Of a DNA stretch of 64,000 bases, positions 29,198 to 38,463 are shown piece after piece. Origin of the DNA: a virus; IMG/VR virus record IMGVR_UViG_3300047388_000163, positions 3,132-67,131 of that record; one strand, given 5' to 3'. The position numbers and the translations under genes were made by a program. Position 1 is the stretch's first letter; every line of letters starts with the position of its first letter. Under the pieces are notes generated by a model, which saw only the letters and a list, made by a program, of their open reading frames with translations, searched no databases and had not been told where the DNA came from.

Positions 29198-29707
29198 ATG
29201 CCCCTGATCAAATCAGCCTCTAAGGCCGCGATTGGTAAAAACATTGAGGAGATGCAGGCTTCAGGACATCCACATGATCAGGCTGTGGCCGCTGCGCTTG
29301 AGACTGCGCGCCGCGCCAAGCGGGCCAAGGGTGGAAAGGTGCATGTTGGGCCTGTTATCGGAGATACAGGTGGAAGGGCTGATAAGGTTGATGCTTCAGT
29401 GCCTGACGGAACCTACGTCATACCAAGTCAGGCTGTTAGCCATTTAGGTGAAAACAACACAATGGCTGGCATGAAAGTTCTACAGAAGATGTTTCCTCTC
29501 AGCGCACCCAAAAAAGCTAGAATGGCAAGCGGCGGCGTTCCGGTTGCAATAGCTGACGGTGAATTTTGCGTGGCCCCTTCCGATGTGAAAAGAATAGGAG
29601 GCGGTGATATAGACTATGGCCACAAGATTCTAGACGAATGGGTCATGCAACTCAAAGCGGATCACATCAAAACACTTCAGGGTCTAGAACCGCCAGCACG
29701 AGATTGA
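29198..29707 (+). CDS. xAxGG-motif protein with duplicated DG(E/T)(F/Y)V module
   Basis: MPLIKSASKAAIGKNI...QAVAAAL leader, RAKGG, GPVIGDTGGRADKV...DGTYVIP, MASGG, ADGEFCV. Confidence 0.7.
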   Translation: MPLIKSASKAAIGKNIEEMQASGHPHDQAVAAALETARRAKRAKGGKVHVGPVIGDTGGRADKVDASVPDGTYVIPSQAVSHLGENNTMAGMKVLQKMFPLSAPKKARMASGGVPVAIADGEFCVAPSDVKRIGGGDIDYGHKILDEWVMQLKADHIKTLQGLEPPARD

Positions 29708-29717
29708 TATAAAAGCA

Positions 29718-29778
29718 AAGCCCGTCAAGCGTCTCACCGCCAAACGGGCTTCTAACCAAACCGATCGGGAAAGGATCG
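29718..29778 (+). promoter_or_regulatory. two hairpins upstream of HNH gene
   Basis: AAGCCCGT...ACGGGCTT and CGATC-gggaaag-GATCG covering the AAGGA RBS. Confidence 0.45.
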
Positions 29779-29781
29779 AAA

Positions 29782-30498
29782 ATGGCTGAAGAAGAACCTA
29801 CGCACGAAATCATTTCTCGTAAAGATGCAAAGGCAAAAGGTCTTAAACATTATTTTACGGGGAAACCTTGTAAAAATGGCCATATTGGACTTAGAAGAGT
29901 ATCCGAGACTGGATGTTCCACCTGTTCTTATCTAAACGTCAAGAAGTGGCGGAAAGAAAATAGAGAAAAATCCAGGGCGATCGATGCTTCTTGGAGAGCA
30001 AAAAACAAGGACAGAGTGAATGAGTAGGAGAGAGCACGTTATGCAAAAGATCCTGCTAAATATGTTGCAAAAACTAGGAGATCATATTGGAAGAAACCGG
30101 AAGAATATCGCGCTAAAGCAAATAAGTTCTATTATGAGAGCTACAAAAATCCAGAAGTGAGAAAAAAGGCCCAAGAGAGATCCCGTCAGTGGGCTTTAGA
30201 GAATCCTGAGCGGGCTAAAGTTAGCCGCCGAAACGCTAAAGTTAAGCGGAGAAATCTAGGAACTGAAGGCTTTCACACAGCGGATGACATTGCCGAAATT
30301 CTCAAGATGCAGCGCGGCAAGTGCGCTTACTGTCGGATCAAGATGGGCGACAAATATACAGTTGATCACATCATCCCTGTGGCTAAGGGCGGAACCAATG
30401 ATCGCCGTAATATCCAGTTAACTTGTATGCCGTGCAACAGAGAAAAATGGGCTAGAGACCCATTGTTCCATGCTCAAATGCTCGGTAGGCTCATATAA
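29782..30498 (+). pseudogene. HNH endonuclease interrupted by in-frame TAG
   Basis: YFTGKPCKNGH N-terminus and CAYC...DHIIPVAKGGTN..NIQLTCMPCN in one frame; TAG at 30025-30027. Confidence 0.8.
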
Positions 30499-30515
30499 AC
30501 CCAAAGGACCAATCC

Positions 30516-30758
30516 ATGGCAGAAACACCAATTACGTTCGTCAATACAGTTTCTGTTTCAGGTTTTTTGAACGGCGTGCTCAACCTAGGATTCAGTACCG
30601 CCCAGTTCCTGCCGACTGAAGACGGCAAGGTTAAGCTTGCGGAGATAATTACCGCTAATCTCCGCATGGACTTACTGTGTGCTCAATAGCTTCATGATTC
30701 ACTGGCGAAGATCATTGCGCAGCAAACGAGCAAACCTGATGCCAAGGACGTGAATTAA
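30516..30758 (+). pseudogene. small hypothetical gene with in-frame TAG
   Basis: AAGGA RBS; MAETPITFVN...LLCAQ*LHDSLAKII...DVN; TAG at 30687; distal TAA overlaps next ATG. Confidence 0.6.
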
Positions 30759-31375
30759 TGCTGACCACCGTACCTGCGCCGATCGTCCGTCTTGCCTCCA
30801 AATCCGAGGAGGCTGAAATCATGGAGATGTGCCGGGAGATCCATGCCGAGAATGGCTTGGTCTCAATGTCAGAGCCGAAGGTGAAGGCGATGCTGAATCG
30901 CGCATTCAACCGGGAGGGTGGAATCATTGGGTTAATTGGCCAGCCTGGTTCGCTTGAGGCCATCATCATGATTGTGATGACGAGCTTTTGGTCGAGTGAA
31001 GAGACGCATCTGGAGGAGCTTTTCTCTTACGTGCGAAGACCATTTCGGAGAAAGTTCAACGGGCCGGATATGCCTCACGCCGAGGCCTTGGTGAATTTCG
31101 CCAAGAAATGCTCCGATGATATCGGGGTGCCGCTGGTCATAGGCATCATCACAAATAACCGGATGGCTGGGAAGGTCCGACTTTACCGCAAGATACTGGG
31201 ATATCCAGCAGGGGCATATTTTGTGGTCAACCCGAAATGGATCAACGGTAATGATCTGACCAATGAAGACTTCTGGAAAACACCCTTTCCAAAAGATATT
31301 CAAGATGATAAACGACAAAAGAGAGAGCGCCATCAGGCATATTTGGCCAAATCATCAGCACGGCACCGGGGATAG
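30758..31375 (+). CDS. GNAT-like acetyltransferase-fold protein
   Basis: IVRLA, FWSSEETHLEELFSYVRRPFRR, ALVNFAK, KVRLY; position before ejection genes. Confidence 0.6.
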   Translation: MLTTVPAPIVRLASKSEEAEIMEMCREIHAENGLVSMSEPKVKAMLNRAFNREGGIIGLIGQPGSLEAIIMIVMTSFWSSEETHLEELFSYVRRPFRRKFNGPDMPHAEALVNFAKKCSDDIGVPLVIGIITNNRMAGKVRLYRKILGYPAGAYFVVNPKWINGNDLTNEDFWKTPFPKDIQDDKRQKRERHQAYLAKSSARHRG

Positions 31376-31407
31376 CATTTCCCTACCTGCTATAAGGACG
31401 GTTCCTT

Positions 31408-34400
31408 ATGTGTGGGAAGGGAAGCAATACCACAACCAGTGCTAGCACAACCTCAGCCGCTCCTCAGGCAACCTCAGCCTATCAAGCCCTTCTTGATCGC
31501 GCTCAGGGCGTAGCAGCTACCCCTTACCAAGCCTACACAGGCGAACTAACCGCTCCGATCAATTCCCAGCAGCAGGCCGGTATATCGGGCATCAACGCGG
31601 CTTCTGGACAGGCTCAGCCAGCAATCAATCAGGCGCTTGGCTTGGCGGCGGGCGCTGCTAATCCGCTCACAGCCGCACAGATCCAGCAGTACCAGAACCC
31701 CTATACGCAGAACGTCATTGATGCGACGCAGGCGCAATTCAACAATCAGAATGCGCAACAGCAGCAGCAATTGACAGGGAACGCCATTTCCCAAGGCGCG
31801 CTGGGTGGCAATCGTGTTGGGGTGGCACAGGCCAACCTTGCGGGACAGGAATCGCTTGCTCAGGCTCCAGTTATCGCGGGGCTATACAGCAATTCATATC
31901 AGCAGGGATTGGCGGCGGCTGGGCAGCAATTCCAGCAGAATCCCCTGGCTGCGGCTGGATCGATCGCCAACTTCGGACTCGCGGGGCAAAATGCGGCTTT
32001 GACAGGCGCTGGAGCTCAGCTCGGGGCGGGCACTGTACAGCAGCAGACACAACAGCAGATCGATGCCGCGAATCAGGCGCAATACAATCAGCAGCAGGCC
32101 TATCCGTATCAGCAGACCCAATGGCTGGCTGGGCTTGATACCGGGGTGGGGCCTGGTTTGGGCTCCAGTTCAACCGGTCAGACGACCGCGCCTGCTCCGA
32201 ACCAGTTTTCCCAATATGCTGGGCTTGGGTTAGCGGCGGCTTCGTTCCTAGCCCGCGGTGGTCGGGTCAGCCTTGGAGATGTCCAGCATTTTGACGGCGG
32301 TGGTGTAGCCAAGTCACCTTGGGGCAATGCGCCGTCATGGATACCCCAGATCACCCTTGGGAATGCCGCACCTCATACCGGCAGCGCTCCGGGGGCGCCG
32401 AGCAATACGGCTCCGACGTTCGATTACAGCAAGATCATTGCGGCCAATAATAAGGATTCCAACGGGCTGTTGAGCGGCCCGTCATATGGCGGCGGTAACG
32501 TCTTCACCGATGCATATGGTGGTTCCAGCTCTAGTCCATTGGAAGGATTGAGCGCTGCGGATTATGGCGAGGGATTCGCCCGTGGAGGTGTGGCTGGATA
32601 CGCCGATGGCGGTGCCACTTTCAACGAACGTTTTTCTGGTAACCCTAATCCAAGTTCATGGGACTATTTCAAAGCAGGGGCCAAGGATTTCGCCTCGGAT
32701 GTTGGAAAGGTATTCAGTGGAGATACGAGCGGAACCACGTTCGATAATAGACGAGCCCTAATCAAGGGACGTAACGGCTACGCCGATGGTGGCGCACCCG
32801 ACGATCCATTTGGGGACCAAAACAGGGCAATTGCGTATGATATGCTGCGTAAGGGTCAAGGCATTCAAACTCCGGTTGCGGAAACGCCAAACCAAGGCGT
32901 TGCTGCGGCGCCGGTATGGAACCCGGATCAGCCGTATCGGATGCCGGACCAAGCCGCAGTGGACGACTGGCGCGCAGGCAACCCATTGCCGGGCTCTGGG
33001 GTGGCTCCTGCTGCGTCTAGCGATGATGACGAGCCTTTGCCGCCTGAGATCACGGGCAAGCCCAGCGGGGCTCCTGCTGGCGTTGGTGGGGCTGATAGTG
33101 CGGCCATGTCTTTTGCGCCGGGTGTTGGATCTGCGGCACCGACAACCAATCCGATGGGGGCGACTTGGCAGCCAACTAGCCAACAGGCCCCTGATAACGG
33201 CGGCGGTCTGGGATTGTTCAATATGTCGCACAATGCTCGTTCTGGATTGCTGGCCGCAGGGCTTGGCATGCTGGCGTCTCGATCGCCGAATCTAGGAAAT
33301 GCGATCGGCGAAGGTGGTCTAGCGGGGATGTCCGCCTATGGCGCTGGCGAGGAACGCGACCGGAAGGTGGCTGAGGAAGCCGCAAAGCTATCCCGCGAGG
33401 CTCAGCAGCATGCGGAGGAAATGAAATATAAATATGATACTCTTGGAGAAAATATCCGAAGCCACAAGGCCAATGAAGAAAAGGAATACAAACCATCTTG
33501 GAGCGTCATCAGTGAGGCTGTTGATCCAGATACTGGTTTGGCAAAAAAGACCTATGGATGGGTGGATCCGAACAAAAAGGTAATCACGGATTCGTCTGGG
33601 AAGCCGATCGCGGCCAGCACATCACCGACACCACCTTCTACTGCGCCGAAAGATGCCAATCCTGATGCGACAGGCGATGAATTTCTAAAGAGCGTGCCAC
33701 CGGCCAGGGCCGCAAGGGCAAAGATGATCGGCGATTATGAGGAAAGCCCAGCCGATCTGCCTACACGTGGTGGCGTGAGAGCGGCTGCGGTTGCTGATGC
33801 CAAACGGTACAACAAGGACTTCAACGAACAGAACTATGCGGCATCACAGCGCGCGTACACTAATTTCGTGGCGGGACCTGAGGCTAGAACGGTTCGCTCA
33901 TTGAATGTGGCCACAGATCACCTCGATACGCTAAGGCAGGCCGCAGCCGCCCTGAAGAATGGTCAAATTCCTGTACTGAATTCCATAGTGAATAAATATC
34001 GGGAAGCCACTGGTTCGCCGCTGACCACAGATTTCGATTCCATCAAGCAGGCGGTGAGCTCTGAAATAGCCAAGACCATCGTGGGCGGCCAAACTGCGCT
34101 TCAAGATCGTGATGAAATGTCCAACAGAGCGCGCAATGCAGATTCTTCAGAGCAGCTTTTTGGCATTTTCGATCAATTCACCAAACTGATGGGCGGCCAG
34201 ATGAAGGGCCTCCGTCAGCAATATGAGGCTGGGACCTATAGGAAGGATTTCGATCGGTATCTGTTGCCATCCACAAAAGCGGCAATTGACGCTGTTTCAA
34301 AGGATGTGCAGCCAACTTATGAGAAACCGAAGGCACCGGATGCAGCGGTTGCAAAGCTGAAAGCTAACCCTGAATTGGCTCCGGCATTCGATCAGAAATA

Positions 34401-34437
34401 CGGTGTAGGCGCATCACGTCAATATTTAGGCCAGTAA
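31408..34437 (+). CDS. DNA ejection / internal virion protein with xAxGG motifs
   Basis: MCGKGS.TTT N-terminus, Q/A-rich pilot-protein region (YQNPYTQNV, GALGGNR); LARGG, FDGGG, FARGG, YADGG twice. Confidence 0.75.
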   Translation: MCGKGSNTTTSASTTSAAPQATSAYQALLDRAQGVAATPYQAYTGELTAPINSQQQAGISGINAASGQAQPAINQALGLAAGAANPLTAAQIQQYQNPYTQNVIDATQAQFNNQNAQQQQQLTGNAISQGALGGNRVGVAQANLAGQESLAQAPVIAGLYSNSYQQGLAAAGQQFQQNPLAAAGSIANFGLAGQNAALTGAGAQLGAGTVQQQTQQQIDAANQAQYNQQQAYPYQQTQWLAGLDTGVGPGLGSSSTGQTTAPAPNQFSQYAGLGLAAASFLARGGRVSLGDVQHFDGGGVAKSPWGNAPSWIPQITLGNAAPHTGSAPGAPSNTAPTFDYSKIIAANNKDSNGLLSGPSYGGGNVFTDAYGGSSSSPLEGLSAADYGEGFARGGVAGYADGGATFNERFSGNPNPSSWDYFKAGAKDFASDVGKVFSGDTSGTTFDNRRALIKGRNGYADGGAPDDPFGDQNRAIAYDMLRKGQGIQTPVAETPNQGVAAAPVWNPDQPYRMPDQAAVDDWRAGNPLPGSGVAPAASSDDDEPLPPEITGKPSGAPAGVGGADSAAMSFAPGVGSAAPTTNPMGATWQPTSQQAPDNGGGLGLFNMSHNARSGLLAAGLGMLASRSPNLGNAIGEGGLAGMSAYGAGEERDRKVAEEAAKLSREAQQHAEEMKYKYDTLGENIRSHKANEEKEYKPSWSVISEAVDPDTGLAKKTYGWVDPNKKVITDSSGKPIAASTSPTPPSTAPKDANPDATGDEFLKSVPPARAARAKMIGDYEESPADLPTRGGVRAAAVADAKRYNKDFNEQNYAASQRAYTNFVAGPEARTVRSLNVATDHLDTLRQAAAALKNGQIPVLNSIVNKYREATGSPLTTDFDSIKQAVSSEIAKTIVGGQTALQDRDEMSNRARNADSSEQLFGIFDQFTKLMGGQMKGLRQQYEAGTYRKDFDRYLLPSTKAAIDAVSKDVQPTYEKPKAPDAAVAKLKANPELAPAFDQKYGVGASRQYLGQ

Positions 34438-37400
34438 TGAAGCATCATCCACAGAGCACGGCAGCAGAACGGTTCAAGCGGTTGATCGCTTACGATCCTA
34501 TGTCTGGTCTCCATCGTGGAAAACGTGCTGATGGTGGCCGCGTAAACATGGGAGAAGTGAATACCAATCCGACCGAAGGCCAGAAGCTAGCAGGTAACTA
34601 TCGCAAGGGTCATACTAGAATCCATGGTTTGGATATTTCAATCGAAAATCCAAGAGGTTCAATTCGCACTGCAAAAGATGGAAGTTGGAAAGTGCGGATG
34701 CCCTGTGCATATGGGTACATCAGAGGAACAGAAGGCTCAGACGGTGATCATGTTGACTGCTACCTTGGGCCTCATTTGAAATCACCGCATGTGTTTGTAA
34801 TTGACCAGAATGATTTGCGCACTGGCAAGCACGATGAACACAAGTGCATGATTGGATTTGGCAGCAAGACACAAGCCAAGGAGGCCTATCATCAGGCATT
34901 TTCGGATGGCAAAGGCAAAGATAGGATTGGGCATATTGAGACGCTAAGCGTTCCGATGTTCAAGCTTTGGCTCTCTCATGGCAACACCAAGAAGCCCATC
35001 AAGCGCGCTTCTGGCGGTAGTGTTCGCAAACCGGGATCAACCTATAATACTGAGCTAAGCCCATTGGATGAAATGGCTTACCGCCAATGGGTAAAGGACA
35101 ACAATGTCCCGACAAATCCTGATGCTACAGCGGTGCAGGATTATGACATGCGTGGATTTTACCAAGGTCTGCAGCAACAGAACCCGCGCGCTCAATCGGC
35201 AATAGATCCAAACGATAGTCAGATGCATTACCCTGATTATTGGAAAACACCGATTCATCAGACATTTTCCAATGAAAGCCAGTGGGCACCGGCTAACGCA
35301 CCGTCATGGACCGATGACGATAAGTTGGTTCAGCCCAACGGAAGGGTGGTGTTTGATGACAGAAATAAGCCATCTGATGCCGCGCAATTACTAACAGTTC
35401 CAAGGGCCGGCGGCGGCAATGTTCGAAAGCCTCGGTTTGCTGATTTCCGCCGATCGGAAAACATTGAGGATCGGCGCAATGATAATTCTCCTGTCGAAAA
35501 TAAACCTTGGGGCTTTGATGCAGAACCATGGGCAAGTGAACAAATTGCCGCTACTAGCGATTATAACCCATTGTCGGAAGGATTAGGAATCGGAGACATA
35601 TATTACACTCGCAATCAAAGAGCTGATGGCGGTCGGGTCCATATGGCAGATGGTGGCACTCCGAATCCGTTCGATGATTTCGATAACCAGCATGCCAGCA
35701 CTCATGCGTCTAATCCATTTGATGATTTCGACACGCCGGCGAAAACAGCACCATCCGGCGGAATTGCCTCATATCTGCCAAAGGCAATAACGGATGTCCC
35801 GCATGAAATGTATCAGGCTGGTGCCGAGCAGATTGGGAATATCAAAAACGCGTGGAATGAACGGCATGCAAGACACGAGGCTCAGGCAATCAAGGATAGC
35901 GGTCCTAATGCATCGTTCTTTGATCCGGGAGCAATGGTTAATTCCCTGAAGGATGTGGCCGACACCGGAAAGATGGTTCTAGGCGCAGCTTCAATCATTC
36001 CTTCAACCTTGATTGCAGGTCCTGCAAGATCATTGATAGGCCATCCCTTGGCCGATGCTGAGCATTTGGTTGGATCAATCATCAATCCCCAACAGGCTGC
36101 TAAGGATAACCCTGAGCAGATGTATCAGACTGCGAAGGGTGACGTAGATACGGCGCTATCTGCCGTCCGACCGCGTGGCCCTATGGTCAAAGCTCCGTCT
36201 GTGCCTGGCACTATAGCGGGGCCGCATGAGATCCCGGCCGATGCACCGTCATATCAGCATCCGAGCCAAATTCCCGCGCCTCCCCCGCCGGAATCCGTAG
36301 CCAATACTCAGGCAGCAGATGAGTTCGGCATCAAGCTGTCGCGAGGGCAGGCAACTGGGGATCTGGATACGATCCGCTATGAAGACATGGCTGCGCGCGG
36401 TGCCTATGGAAAGGATCTCCAAGACAAAGCGGTGCCATTCTTTGAGAAGCAATTCCAAGACACCCAAGCTGCTGGTCATGCAGTAGGCCAGCAGACGGCC
36501 AGAACGGCACCTGTAGCTGATACGCCTTCTGACGCAGCCTCCGCTGTTGGATCTGAGGTAGCCGATCGTGCGGCCCGCGCTAGGGCACTACAGGCCCAGA
36601 CAGAACAACAGGCGGCGACCGAAGCGGAGTCACAACGCGGCATTCTGTCAGATCAGAACCGAGCTCTGAGCGATGCCCTGCGAGGCAGTTCACTCCCGAT
36701 TGCCAATCCAACCGAGGCGGGGGAAGTAGTTGGCGCTAATGTGCGCCAAGCTGCGGCAGCAAATCGCGCGGAGTTTCAGGCTCGATACCGAGAATTTGGG
36801 GAGTTGCCCGGCGAATTTCGTGTGGATGCTGTGCGCGGTTTGGGAACGCGTGTCCGTAATGAAATTGGCGGGGGCGATAATCCGATTATCATTGATGACC
36901 AGCTTACGCCGGCAGCATCGCGGGCTATCCAGGCGTTGGATGAAATGTCTGTGCCGCGCATTCAGAATCGTGCCAGTCCCAATGCGGCACCAAATCCTGA
37001 TGAAATTGCGGGCGTAAATCTCCGCGGCATTGATCAGATGCGCAAGAAACTGGTGGCCTATTATCAGGCAGCCAGGACCAATCCGACCGATGCACGAGCC
37101 GTTCAGGGAATCATTCATGGTTTCGATGGCCAGATTGAGCGCGCCATTACGGAAGGGCTGTTCTCTGGCGATCCAAGGGCGCTGGAGGCTCTGCAGGAAG
37201 CACGGGCGTCCTATGCCAGGTATCGGCGGACATTCAGCCCTCAAGGCGCTGGCGACGACGTAGGCACCGCCATGCGCCGAATTGTGGAGCGCAATGCCAC
37301 GCCGGAAGAAACCGCCAACATGATCATTGGATCTGGGAAAATAGGTAACTCAGGTTTGCCGGTTCGGATAGCCGATCGGCTTGAACAGGTACTAGGGGCT

Positions 37401-38438
37401 GATTCGGATAGTTGGAGCGCGCTGAGACAAGCCATGTGGCAGAAGGCGTCACAGGTTCGTAATTCCGCAGGGGTTGTGGATCCGGCCAAGTCTGCGCAGA
37501 GCATCAACGATTTTACTGGAACGACACTCGCGCAGCGCATGTTTACCGCTCAGGAACGCGCGGCCATGCGGGCTCATGCCCAAGGCATCCAGGATCTGGA
37601 CAGGAACATTGAGCAGCTACCGGCCACCCGGACCGCGGAGCGCACACGACAAGCCTATCAGGATACGTTTGGCGGGGCTGATCTTGGCGGCACGCCGAAG
37701 GCTGTATTTCAGAAAATGGTGCAGGGAACTGCCACACCAGAAGAAATAGCCAACGGTGTTTTCAAGGTAATCGGTGCCGGAAATCCTGGCCATGTTACAC
37801 GGGCTTTGCAGGCTATTGAACGAATTGTTGGGCCGAATAGCGACGCCATGGGCGCGATTCGCCAAGGGGTGTGGCAAAAGCTCACTCAGGCAGCCGCTGG
37901 CAAGGATCAGCCAGGAGCTCAAAAGGCCATGCAGGCAATCAATGAATTCCTAAATGGATCTGGAAAGACGATTGCCGAACAACTTTATTCGCCCTCTGAA
38001 TTGGCTCTTATGGATCGATACCAGAAAGCCTTGAAGCTTACTATCATCCCGAAATATGCTAGAACAAATTCCGATACGGCTCCGGCTTTGTTGGCTGCGG
38101 TGCGTAAATACGCAGGAATGGTCGGATCTGCTCTTGGGGTTGTCGGGCTTGGAGGAGCAGAGGGCGGATTGTCGGGGTATGCGGTTTCCAAGCTGTTGGA
38201 CAAAGGCGGGGAGAAGTTTCTAGCGGCTCGTCAATCCAAGAAGTTGGAAAATTCGCTCAACAATGTTGTACCGCCGCCGGTTAAGCCCGTCACTCCACCG
38301 TCACCGAAATCAGCGCGTATTCTTCCGTTGAGTGTTCAGCCGGGATATAGAGGTCCTGGACTTGGTAGTCTGCAAGGCCCCGTGCCAGCAGATGCCGATG
38401 AGAAAAAGAAACGCCCCGGTGGGATAGGGCACGCATAA
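34437..38438 (+). CDS. large ejection protein with inorganic pyrophosphatase-like domain
   Basis: 1333 aa; PTEGQKLAGNYRKGH, ISIENPRGS, YGYIRGTEGSDGDHVD, VIDQ, DEHKCMIGF match the polyvalent-protein InPase domain; NPFDDFD twice; long helical C-terminus. Confidence 0.8.
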   Translation: MKHHPQSTAAERFKRLIAYDPMSGLHRGKRADGGRVNMGEVNTNPTEGQKLAGNYRKGHTRIHGLDISIENPRGSIRTAKDGSWKVRMPCAYGYIRGTEGSDGDHVDCYLGPHLKSPHVFVIDQNDLRTGKHDEHKCMIGFGSKTQAKEAYHQAFSDGKGKDRIGHIETLSVPMFKLWLSHGNTKKPIKRASGGSVRKPGSTYNTELSPLDEMAYRQWVKDNNVPTNPDATAVQDYDMRGFYQGLQQQNPRAQSAIDPNDSQMHYPDYWKTPIHQTFSNESQWAPANAPSWTDDDKLVQPNGRVVFDDRNKPSDAAQLLTVPRAGGGNVRKPRFADFRRSENIEDRRNDNSPVENKPWGFDAEPWASEQIAATSDYNPLSEGLGIGDIYYTRNQRADGGRVHMADGGTPNPFDDFDNQHASTHASNPFDDFDTPAKTAPSGGIASYLPKAITDVPHEMYQAGAEQIGNIKNAWNERHARHEAQAIKDSGPNASFFDPGAMVNSLKDVADTGKMVLGAASIIPSTLIAGPARSLIGHPLADAEHLVGSIINPQQAAKDNPEQMYQTAKGDVDTALSAVRPRGPMVKAPSVPGTIAGPHEIPADAPSYQHPSQIPAPPPPESVANTQAADEFGIKLSRGQATGDLDTIRYEDMAARGAYGKDLQDKAVPFFEKQFQDTQAAGHAVGQQTARTAPVADTPSDAASAVGSEVADRAARARALQAQTEQQAATEAESQRGILSDQNRALSDALRGSSLPIANPTEAGEVVGANVRQAAAANRAEFQARYREFGELPGEFRVDAVRGLGTRVRNEIGGGDNPIIIDDQLTPAASRAIQALDEMSVPRIQNRASPNAAPNPDEIAGVNLRGIDQMRKKLVAYYQAARTNPTDARAVQGIIHGFDGQIERAITEGLFSGDPRALEALQEARASYARYRRTFSPQGAGDDVGTAMRRIVERNATPEETANMIIGSGKIGNSGLPVRIADRLEQVLGADSDSWSALRQAMWQKASQVRNSAGVVDPAKSAQSINDFTGTTLAQRMFTAQERAAMRAHAQGIQDLDRNIEQLPATRTAERTRQAYQDTFGGADLGGTPKAVFQKMVQGTATPEEIANGVFKVIGAGNPGHVTRALQAIERIVGPNSDAMGAIRQGVWQKLTQAAAGKDQPGAQKAMQAINEFLNGSGKTIAEQLYSPSELALMDRYQKALKLTIIPKYARTNSDTAPALLAAVRKYAGMVGSALGVVGLGGAEGGLSGYAVSKLLDKGGEKFLAARQSKKLENSLNNVVPPPVKPVTPPSPKSARILPLSVQPGYRGPGLGSLQGPVPADADEKKKRPGGIGHA

Positions 38439-38463
38439 CCAAACAATTACAAGGTAAATTAAT

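Noticed and set aside
26604-30689. Genome-wide stop-codon reassignment (TAG=Gln or TGA=Trp)
   Set aside because: TAG and TGA end many genes cleanly just before the next start (TAG at 9843, 16535, 21068, 21439; many ATGA overlaps), and long core genes have no internal stops
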